A stretch of 61,718 nucleotides of DNA, counting the filler, from Choristocarpus tenellus KU-1152 (lineage: Eukaryota > Protista > Phaeophyceae): NCBI GenBank assembly GCA_964200185.2. It is 13 parts of 13 records of this genome, joined end to end, with 100 filler letters (N's around TTAATTAATTAA, not from the genome) between each part and the next. Parts side by side here need not be neighbours in the genome. Positions count along the whole stretch, not along the records: positions 40,278 to 54,069 come from CAXNAD020001365.1; positions 54,170 to 58,542 come from CAXNAD020014853.1; positions 58,643 to 61,718 come from CAXNAD020022492.1; 10 more parts are not named here. One strand, written 5' to 3'. The notes below the pieces were generated by a model. The model saw only the letters and a list, made by a program, of their open reading frames with translations. It searched no databases and was not told where the DNA came from. The position numbers were made by a program, and so were the translations under genes. Shown here in pieces: positions 52,162 through 61,718 of this stretch (its first letter is position 1; every line of letters begins with the position of its first letter).

Positions 52162-53723
52162 CCAGTATAGCCCTGTGCTCCAGCCCACTAACATTCAACC
52201 ATCTCATAAAAAAAACAAGTCGGCGATTGAGAAGTGTTTTGCGCAAGACCTTGCCACCAAGCTGAGCAAGGCTATGTCCGCCTTGGAAAGTGGGTCCCCC
52301 CTGAAGGAGGAGGGTGCCAAGGTACCTGCTGGCGACTATGGCCATGCTGTGAAGGTAAGCATATATGTACTTAATACAGGCGATTTTTGTACAATTTGTT
52401 AGATTGAGTGATTTCCTATTTTTGCTTGATACTGGGCACCCCTATAGCTATTGTGGGACGGGAGGATGTTATCCTACAATATTAACCTGCTGTATTGAAG
52501 CACTCTGTGCAGCTATGTTTCTTGCAGCTTGAATGCTGCCCTTGCCCCCCACCTCCCTGTACCTGTAGGCGTACCAGGTTTGTTGGAGCAAATCTTCATG
52601 CTGCATGAATAGAAGTGTTGTAGGTCTTGAACTTGGGAGTAGAGTGCTTCTCCAGTGATCCTGTTGTACAACGTCATGGGGGAATTCTAACCCTAACCCT
52701 AACCCTAGCTGAGGAGGTAGGAGATACTAAAAGAGCCAGAGTATCTTAGAGGGTAGCACCGTGTCCATTTGGGCGTCAAAATCTAATGTAACGATTTTGA
52801 TGTAATTTTGGTCATCGTGTTTGTTAGGAAGTGTCAATATCTACGTTTCGGACACACCTTTTCAAAAAGTATATATTTCACCTGCTCCTATACATTTTGG
52901 AGTAGGAAAATGTCATAAATAACCCCGACGGAAACCCAAGCCCCAAATGGACAAACAGGGCAAAACTCGTACCCTCTAAGATACTTTCATTCAAAAGTAG
53001 TAAAAGTTAAAAAAAAAATGGCAAGCGGTGCCCTTGAGAGTTGCCACCATCGGTCTAGAGGATGCTGCTCTGCATGAAAGATACACTATTTTTGTGGAGC
53101 AATCCAATGCCTGCTTAGATAGGGCAGTCACAATTTTTTTTTAATGTCATCCTCTGGGCTAAGATTAATGCACTGGTCGATATTGTTCTTGGTTCAGTTA
53201 GGTACGTTGACTTCCTTTCCAATACATTGTATACCATCCTTTTGTTACAACCAAATCTCGACATGTCTCACCAATAAACAACAAACCCATGGCAGGTGCA
53301 TTCACTGTGTTACATTCAATTTGTTACATTCAATGTGTTACATTCAATGTGTTACATCTCCCATTCCCGTAGCTGATGTCATTTCCAACGTGGATCAAGA
53401 ATTACAGACCTCGATCGTTCAGTCCTTATGGAATGGTGGATACTTCTGTCTGCTATCACTCCATCCCTGCTTTATCCTCCCCCCTTCTTCTCTCCTCTCC
53501 CCCTTGGAATGATCTAACTGGATGGGCTCATTGTGAGGGTGCTCTTTGCCCTTTTTTTGTGACCTCAGGGGGAGGGGACGAAAGCGATGACAGCCACTCC
53601 GCCGTCAGGGATAACGCTAGGGGTGTGGACCTTTGCAAGAGAGTACCGAGCACTTCGCCGCTCCTTCCGTTTTGGGGAGTTCAACAACACTGTTATTGGT
53701 GGCGTCTTCTCGACCATCGATAG
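50521..53723 (+). CDS. Cyclic-nucleotide-binding (Popeye-like) domain protein, 5' part; exons 50521-51013, 51136-51266, 52220-52354, 53569-53723
   Basis: IITEG...LFLIVSGECQLEVRGKAMALLHPGSFAGEAS...PRSATVRT...W fits a cNMP fold, followed by FAQDLATKL. The N-terminus is hydrophobic and Ser/Thr-rich. Introns are phase-consistent. Confidence 0.8.
52733..52992 (-). mobile_element. MITE family A, complete (intronic)
   Basis: Both TIRs present; TSD aaaa/aaaa. Confidence 0.9.
53305..53356. repeat. 14-bp tandem repeat (TGTGTTACATTCAA), ~3.6 copies
   Basis: Seen directly. Confidence 0.85.
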
Positions 53724-53853
53724 GTTTCTGGAAAAGTAAGTGGGGGATCCATTTTGTTGAATGAGAAATCCCCTTGTCTGAAATAATAGTGCTAATTTAG
53801 TGCTGCGGTGTCTAAGCCCTAACCCTTTGCACCTTTTTTTTGTCTCACAAGAA

Positions 53854-54062
53854 ATGTACCATATTCCATGTACCACATACCATGTACCACATACCATGTA
53901 CCACGTACCACGTACCACATACCATGCACCATGTACCACATACCATGTACTATATACCATGTACCATGCACCATGTACCATGTACTATATACCATGTACC
54001 ATGTACCACGTACCATGTACCATGTACCACATACCATGTACTATGTACCATGTACCACATAC
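53854..54062. repeat. 7-bp satellite (TACCATG/TACCACA variants) running into contig end
   Basis: Seen directly; generates spurious repetitive ORFs in several frames. Confidence 0.92.
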
Positions 54063-54169
54063 AATATACNNNNNNNNNNNNNNNNNNNNNNNNNNNNNNN
54101 NNNNNNNNNNNNNTTAATTAATTAANNNNNNNNNNNNNNNNNNNNNNNNNNNNNNNNNNNNNNNNNNNN

Positions 54170-54345
54170 AGTACGTAAAATATGTCCATTTGTGGGGCTT
54201 GTCATGGATTCCCATTCAAAAAGGGACCCTAAAAAAGTTTTAGGACATTTACAAAAAAAAACATATGGGCACTTTCCGCGCACCAATTCGGTCAAACCCA
54301 TCCTCCACAAAATGATCCATCCGCCATATTCATGATCCGCTGTTT
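54170..54345. repeat. Dispersed repeat family D copy
   Basis: Aligns with 19420-19567 and 19107-19168. Confidence 0.6.
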
Positions 54346-55450
54346 CCTGCAAGCTTAAGAAGGCTCTCTAGAGGTACAGCACATTGATCAGCCAAACCAG
54401 TTGAGAGGTAGGCAGGGTTGTATCTTAAGGATCCCGAGAAAGGGCAAAAAGAAGGCATTTTGTACAATAATTGCAGAATGAGCCTTCTTCGCTTGACTGT
54501 TGTGTCAATTTGTGAATGGAAAGGGGAATATAATTTTGTGTGCACTATTCTACACATGAAAGAAATGAAATAGTGTATTGCACAGGGTAAGAAATGTGAT
54601 TTCTAATATGAAAGAGTCAAAACCTGTCTACGTCTTTATTTGTTTCGTTCAATCACACTGGACTTCCATACAATGCTTACCCTACACCAGATCTCCATTT
54701 CAATGCACATCACTCAAATAAATGCACAACAACCCGATAACGGTTCAAACAGCGATGAAAAACCATCCCACATCTGAACTAGGACCTCAGCCCTCCATGC
54801 GAGAGACAGTTCTCCACCGTTTCAGCTTCAATATGTACTCTGATTCTCTTCACAGTCTTCTTGTTGTTATGGTATCGCAAAACGATTTGAGAAACTGCAA
54901 CACATTGATCACATGCACATCTAGTACAACACAACATTGACGATGGAGGAAGGGAGGGTATCATACCCTGTATGCAAGGACCCTCCATGTTGCTTCTCGT
55001 TAGTGTTAAGCAAGGTCCCTCCATATTGCTTCTCGTTAGTGTTAAACCATTTTATTATGCGCTATTAGCTCATCTCATGACCCAATGTTTTTTTTATCAT
55101 TTTGTGTTACAGATTAGGGTATGTTGTGTTAAATGGGAATATATGTTTTGAACCGAAGTGTTACGAGGTCAAGAAGGCAGTGTTGTATGTGTTTTGTGTT
55201 GGAGTGTTCTGGGCATAACATACTGTATATAAAATATTCTCCTATCTATCCAGTGTTACGGGTAGAACATACCATTGAATGTTGAAGGCGTGAAGGGTTA
55301 TATGGTCAGACGCCTTCCAATTCTACAGTAAGGGTCTATGTTGATCTGGCTGGTCCTGGCATCAAGAGGTACAGTTCACCCATCCCCTTAGGGGTTGCTC
55401 CATGTTTTGAGTCTCTTAGGGGCTGACTGCTGGTCTCTTGTAGAGGAGTC

Positions 55451-55779
55451 ATGGAAGATAAGTATGGCGCTGGGGCGAAGGGCCTTAACACCAGTGGTGG
55501 TGGAAATCGCTTCAAGTACCGAGGCAAGAGGTCTCGAGCCAAGGACATTGATGTAGACGTGTCTCACAAGGTCAGGGCTGATGGATACCTTGACGCCGAC
55601 GCAGCTCAGGAACCAGAGTTTGAAGGTGGTTCCTTCTTCCAACAGGAGCTAGATCGTGCCAAGGAGCTCAACGTCACGTCGCCCTTCAAGCGTTTCTACT
55701 ACAAGGCAAGCTCTTGAGATTCAATGCTGTCATTTTAGCACCATCTCGATTTCTTGTAGTGCAGGATCTTATGTGGTGC

Positions 55780-55850
<71 letters not shown>

Positions 55851-57999
55851 TCTCTTGTCCCTGGCTATCTCCTCTCTGTGGCGAGATAGGTGTGGCCGCT
55901 CGTCCAGTCTTTGCCAGAGTTGTTGCATCACGGGAAAACTGTGGTTGACATGCTGCTGCAGCTACTCGAAGATCCCAACGTGACCTCCCAGGTGCACTAA
56001 TGGGGTGGGAAGCAGCTTGAGGGGTGTCTATTGTGAGATTTGTTTTCCTTTTTGCTGTTAGTTGCCATACTTGTTATAGAGGCAATTCGATGCACCTCTC
56101 TACAGTGCCTCACTGACAAGTGACTTCTGCTTGGTCCCGCATATCCCACCCTTTGGCATTGCAATATCTAAAGGTAGGAGAGCAAGTCCTTCAGCTTCTC
56201 TCGGTGCTTGCGCGTGACCTCCAGGGCTCATTCTTTCCGTTCTTTCCCCGCGTATCGGAGGCACTGGTCGCTCTTGTCTCAGACGAGGACGTTAGCCCAG
56301 AGATATGCGGCCAAGTCCTTCGTTGCCTGGGTTTCCTTCTAAAGTTTTTATCCCGCCCACTGGCGAGGGACATGGGCGCCCTCAAGGCCCTTTATCCTCC
56401 ACTGCTGGGCCACCGCAAGGACTTTGCCCGACGTCTTTCTGCTCAATCACTGGCCACTACCCTTCGACGTCTCAAGCCCAAGGGCATGCGGCGACACGTA
56501 AGGGCACTGGTAGGGGCACTTGCAGCAGGGGCCTCAGCCACTACAGACGGTGCCCCTGGTACAGATCGCCTGCGAAAGGACACTCTCGATGGCTGCAGCC
56601 AGCTCCTATTCTTCACTGCCAAGGGGGTGCAGGGGCGTACCCACTCGCAGGTATGGTTTGCTCATGTCATGGCTGAGGTAAAATGCATGGAGACTATGGC
56701 TGAGGAGAACCTGGCACTTTTACTGCTAACAAATAGTGTGCAACTGTAATATTTGGATTGGACTTGGATTGTAGTCCAATTCAGCACCATTTTTGATTTT
56801 TCTGTATGTTCTTTGCTCTAACCCTGCATGGTTCATAGGCTCCAGTGCTTCTTCGTGTGCTACTGGAGTCACTCCTTCCCAAGAGTAAATCTCAGGACGT
56901 TGAAGGAGGTGAAAATCTTGCTGATGGGGAAGATTTTGAACACAGGAAACCCGAGAGGATGACAGAAGAGGAGAGGGTCAAGCAAGCATGGTGTTTTGAG
57001 CTTGTTAGAGCTGTCCTGAGTCTACTAGTAAATCATGTACGATCACCTCACAGTACTGATCTTTGGATGGAGCTGCACCTCAGTCTAGGTGTGGCAGTTG
57101 GTCGTCACAAAGCAGCATTGCTTCTTCCCCCTGAAGTATGTTCAGCTTCTCAAACATCAGGTGTGAAGGAGGGGGGAGGTTGTGCCCAGAGGGAGGTGGA
57201 GGAGAGTGCATCTCTTCGCCACGTATTGGGGATCATGTCCCAGGCAGTTGGACACATGGGGGGCATACTCCTCCGAGAGGAGGCTGTGGCAGTAAAGCAG
57301 TCAGCCTTGCTATCTGAGGCTCTCGCAGAGATGACAGACCCAAAGGTCTTCTGGGACATCCGCACATCTCCTGAGTGCAGGGCCGGTGTCGTGGACCTCA
57401 TGGCTGCATCACTTTGCGCGTTGCACCGCCACCCAAGGATGAGAGGTGCCATTCCCAAAGTTATCTGTAACACTGCTGCTGAGCCCCTGGGCCTTTCCGG
57501 AGAGAATGGTGGTGTTCGACTACGGTTCGAGAAGTTAGAGGCTGGCAGAGCGCTTGGAAGAGGGGAAGGAGGAAAACATCCAGCACTCTTACTGTCGCGA
57601 GCATTGCTTGGGGGGAGAGGAAGTGAAAGGACTGGAAACAAGCCACCCCCGCTGCTTGTGATACGCACCGTGGCGCTGCCCTCGCTTCTAGAGGCATGTG
57701 CAGGACCCCTCGCTGCTCGGAAGGAGGTTGTTGTGGAGGTCTTAGTTAGGGTCATGCATGGGACTGGTGTGGCACTAGTTCTAGATGACAGTGATGTTGA
57801 CAGCAGTTGGGACGAACGAGGGTGGGGAAGGGAAGGATTTCGTGAAAGTACTGCGTTAGGTAGGGGGAAAGAGAAACAAGAGGGCAGTGAGGATGCCATG
57901 GAGGAGGAGGAGGAGGAGGGGGAGGAGGGTGCTAGGGAGAGTATGGGCCTTGGTATTGTTCAACACAGCCTCCCAATAGGACCTGAAACAACCTTTAAG
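55451..57999 (+). CDS. UTP20: U3 snoRNP/SSU processome component UTP20, 5' part; exons 55451-55705, 55890-55991, 56174-56650, 56839-57999 (probable next exon from 58297)
   Basis: NRFKY...IDVD...SFFQQELDRAKELNVTSPFKRFY|VWPLVQSLPELLHH...|...LLSVLARDLQGSFFPFF...LGFLLKFL...ARRLSAQSLA matches the UTP20 N-terminal HEAT region; phase-0 junctions, the first with a GC donor. Confidence 0.88.
55783..55853. repeat. (CT)n microsatellite in UTP20 intron 1
   Basis: Seen directly. Confidence 0.95.
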
Positions 58000-58642
58000 G
58001 TGTGCATTGTTTTGTGTGACTGTTTCCCTAACTTGTTGATGTGTAGAAAATGGGATTGTGATCAAGCTTCCAAGGCACTACAAGGGTTGCATGCCTTCAA
58101 ACTGGCTCATAAGAATGCTGGGAAGCTGTATTGATTGAGGTGTAGGTTGCTTTAGTTCAATTATAGAATGCATTGCCGTTAGACCTCACTGAAACCATTT
58201 AATTTGTCTTGATTTTTTTTTATTAGGACAACAGGCTAATGTTTACCCTCTCCACTGTTCGTTGTAAATCTTTCTCTCTCTGTACCTATCCTCTAGCTCC
58301 TGGAGGTGTGCCATGAATGTGTCGAGTCTGCAATACTATCACTCACAAAGAGCAGACAAATGTGAGATGGGCTCGGGAGGGAATTGGTGGGTGTATTCTG
58401 CCTTGAGGCTATTTTCTTAAGGGTTTTGCACACCCCCTTTTGTTTTACCTGGTGTGACATCTTCCCCCCCCCCCCCCACCCTTTCACTTCACCCACAATA
58501 ATGCTTTGGAAGTGGGGGTTGCTTGCACAACTCTTTTGGCCANNNNNNNNNNNNNNNNNNNNNNNNNNNNNNNNNNNNNNNNNNNNTTAATTAATTAANN
58601 NNNNNNNNNNNNNNNNNNNNNNNNNNNNNNNNNNNNNNNNNN

Positions 58643-58841
58643 GTGGTGAGCCAAAAGCGGGGGTGGGGGGGGGGGGGCGGGGGGTCTACACCAGGGTGTC
58701 CATTTGGGCCATAACCAACACAAGCGCACATACATTATCCATCCGATGTATGCAATCAAATCATCCAAAAATCATGACATAAAAAAAATTGAACCCAAAT
58801 GGACAGCCGTCACCCCTGCTCCTCCCCAGATACTTTGAGCC
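58643..58841 (-). mobile_element. MITE family B, near-complete
   Basis: Reverse complement aligns with 35683-35858; ends CCAGATACTTTGAGCC. Confidence 0.82.
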
Positions 58842-58933
58842 CAACCCACCAAGCTATGTGCTTATATTTAAGACATTGCTTGAACTGCTCATACATAGCC
58901 AGTAGCACCACCTTGACATGAATTTTACGAAGG

Positions 58934-59154
58934 ATGTATTTACAATGTATATAGTATAATAATGAATTTACAATGTATATAGTATAATAATGCATTTACA
59001 ATGTATAATATAATAATGTATTTACAATGTATATAATATAATAATGTATTTACAATGTATATAGAATAATAATGTATTTACAATGTATATAGAATAATAA
59101 TGCATTTACAATGTATATAATATAATAATGTATTTACAATGTATATAATGTAAT
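58934..59154. repeat. 28-bp AT-rich minisatellite, ~8 copies
   Basis: Unit ATGTATTTACAATGTATATAG(T/A)ATAATA. Confidence 0.92.
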
Positions 59155-60273
59155 ATTTCCAAGTATCCTACTCCATGTTTCAATCCCTTTTTTTCAGTAC
59201 AGAAGTGTAGTATTAGTATTTGACCTCCTTCATCCGACAATGATCTCATGCAAGGGTCTGATTTTTTCATTATTTTAAATAGGAACGTGTTTTCATTGTT
59301 GTGAACAACTGTATGTATGTACACTGAATATATTTGAGTCTTGAAATTTCGTATCATTATTTTTTTGTACATTTCCAGATTATACATAAATGTGCATGAA
59401 TATATGATACTGTGTAGTGTGTGTATGTGTTAAAAATAAATACAGAAATGTATACTGCTAGTAGTGTGTATATTGTGAGTGTATAGTATAAGATTAATTA
59501 AATGTTGAAAGAAGAAAGAATTTTCATCACTATTTTTTTGTCATCAGGAACGGGCCTTGTGACTCTGTCCTTCTATGTTCATTGCCCTATCGCTTGTAAA
59601 ATGTTCATACTGTACTCCTATGCAGTAAAATGCAGTGGGCACCAAATTTGTGAAAGAGAAGTGTTGAAGTATCATGTTGTTAGTGCTTATTATCATTAGC
59701 ACCAAAGCCACGGAGAGGGTTGGAAAATCATGCCATAACCAAATAGAAAAAATGTAATCTAAATTCTAACCTTTAATATAGCAGAGCATGTATACATTAT
59801 AGAGTTGGTATTCCCATAGGTATCTAGGAGTCAGAGAAGTCAACGAGGGGGACAATTTTGGTTCAGCTGCTATATGATATGAGAATGGAAGAGACCGTTG
59901 ACTGCAACTTTTTTTATTTCATGTATTACCATTACTGTTAATGGTAGGATGTATAACGCCATACCATCCTCCCCCCCCCCAAAAAAAAAGAAATATTTTT
60001 TGGCCTGTGCGGTTGAGCTCTACCACTATCCAACCAATGAACAGTGCTAATACATTGATGAGTATATGAGTATATGACAAGCCCAGAGTGGGGTTGATTT
60101 TACTGTTACGGTTTACTCTGTTGATAGTCCTCTTGATAGTCCTCTGGATAGTCCTGTTGTTTGTTTGCTTGTCTCATTTCTCTCCCTCCCTTTCTGTTAC
60201 CATTAATTTTGTTGTTGTTTGTTTGTTGGTTTGTTTGTTTGTTTGTTTCATGGCTTTCCTAAATATGTACAAG

Positions 60274-60428
60274 GCGTTGACGGGCTTGAGCCTGGAGGCA
60301 CTGGAGGCAGGCATCATGCTCCGAGAGGTTGGGCAGTGGCAGGAGAAGCTGTTGCAGCTCTCGGATGCTGAGGCGCTTGCAGAAAAGTGCACAGGCCTCT
60401 GCAGGAAGACTCAGGACTTGAGAAACAC
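60274..60428 (+). CDS. Isolated internal exon of an unknown helical/coiled-coil protein
   Basis: GC-rich open frame ALTGLSLEALEAGIMLREVGQWQEKLLQLSDAEALAEKCTGLCRKTQDLRN between an AAG acceptor and a GTGAGG donor in AT-rich context. Confidence 0.55.
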
Positions 60429-60462
60429 GTGAGGACGGATCGGTCGAACTGTGAAGCCCCTC

Positions 60463-60493
60463 ACCCTAACCCTAACCCTAACCCTAACCCTAA
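60463..60493 (-). repeat. Interstitial (CCCTAA)n tract
   Basis: About 5 units, in an intron. Confidence 0.85.
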
Positions 60494-61718
60494 ATTTAAC
60501 TATTATTTTTCGCTCTCGTTTTTTCTGTTTTTTTCTGAGGTACCTGATTAGTTGTGTTACCCTCCCTGGGATCTCTTTTTTTTTTTGAAGACTTGAACGG
60601 CGACCAGGAGGTTGGTGTACACCCATATGGAGCAAAGTCGGATGACCTTGCTTTGTGTGTGCCTCTCGTTGTTGACAGGCATGGATCTGTGTTCTGGGAA
60701 ATTTATTCCCTGTGAAATGAGCTCAATATAGTAAAGTATAAAATGCAAGAACAGTTATTGATTATTTGCAATTCTTAATATTTTATGAAAAGAAAGTAGT
60801 AATAAATCTGATTTTTTGTATTTAATTCTTATTAAATGGTATTAGTAGAATATGATTAATTATTTGAAATTTAAAACCATACATTTTTGGAGTATTGTTG
60901 GCGCTCTATGGATGATTGCCTGAGTAGTAGCTTGGGGCTGCTAGAACAATGGCTAATAAGTAGTACATAGTTCAAATGGGTTTAAATTGGACGTACTGCT
61001 GAACTGGTTTGCACTTTTGGTCGTTACTTTTCTGATGGGAAGGGCATGGCCCCGGGGTAGAGCTCCAGAGCCTTACCTGTGTTTTTGAATGGAAAGAAGG
61101 ATTGGGTAAGAGTGTTAAACGTTAAGAACGATTTTTTTTTTGTAGGAGCAAAAATGTAAAAAAGTAAAAAAATATTGTGGAGAACGAGGAAGTGCTGTGA
61201 AAGAATAAAAAGGAAACTGAATGCCTGTACATGGAGAGTGTGGCAACGCATGGTGGAGGAGGGACAGGCTCGGGATGGAAGTAGGAGGAACGGCTGGAGT
61301 GTGTGTGTGTGTTTTGTGGGAGCATACTGGAATTCGTAGTTGTGGGATACATACGGTGGGGGGATGGTTTATTAGGAGGAGGTCACGAAGAGGGGACTGC
61401 TGACATTCACTTGCTGTGTACAGTGTTAGTTGATTTCTTGTGGCAGAGGGGATTTAACAACCGAACTTTTGCAATCCTATGACTTCCCCCAATGGTATTG
61501 TTGGATAGTGAAGGACGTTTTAATCCGAAGGGGACTGAAAAAGGGTACATTTCGTTTGTGTTTTGTTTTTTACAAAAGAAGGTATATAGAACGAGGCGTA
61601 ACAAAGTCTTGAAATCTGTTGCTCCTCACTGCAATGTTGTCCACCAATGAGACGAATTGGACCGTTTTAGAGCCGGTCCCACCTCGCATTTTATTGTTCT
61701 TTCCCAGCCCCCCCCCCC

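Noticed and set aside
53565-54125. His/Tyr/Cys-rich repetitive ORFs as metal-binding proteins
   Set aside because: They are produced by a 7-bp satellite and are open in most frames.
57150-57899. 249-aa minus-strand ORF (likewise 5004-5528, 49389-49763, 38735-39154)
   Set aside because: These are antisense shadows of better-supported exons on the opposite strand.
2624-58642. Recurrent TTAATTAATTAA palindrome as a biological motif, and gene clustering across contigs
   Set aside because: It is always centred in a fixed 100-bp N spacer, so it is an artificial concatenation linker and neighbouring contigs are not known to be linked.

Overview
This is not a contiguous prokaryotic locus. It is 13 short contigs of an intron-rich eukaryotic draft assembly, joined by artificial 100-bp spacers (44 N + TTAATTAATTAA + 44 N) at 2624, 6056, 8913, 12360, 15154, 19007, 24794, 30495, 37441, 40178, 54070 and 58543. 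Adjacency across these spacers has no biological meaning. The organism is probably a photosynthetic stramenopile, most likely a brown alga or close relative (inference from TTAGGG tracts, long repeat-filled introns, flagellar CFAP58, and PTOX- and DUF1995-type plastid genes). Spliced genes were reconstructed by hand with phase-checked junctions: complete RRP46, the 5' part of UTP20, the 3' end of CFAP58, a cNMP/Popeye-like protein transcribed divergently from RRP46, a DUF1995-like protein, a giant repeat surface-type protein, and a 6-exon uncharacterised protein with a degenerate ATP-grasp-like motif, a Zn-finger and a C2-like region. A decayed PTOX pseudogene is also present. The non-coding DNA is dominated by three related MITE families (about 25 copies or fragments, GAG/GGC...CTC/GTC ends, mixed 3- and 4-bp TSDs, frequent nesting), plus a Stowaway-like MITE, Copia relics, minisatellites and interstitial telomeric repeats. 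Repeats and the pseudogene show marked CpG decay, which suggests CG methylation. No rRNA, tRNA or CRISPR array was seen. All protein family assignments come from motif recognition, not database searches.
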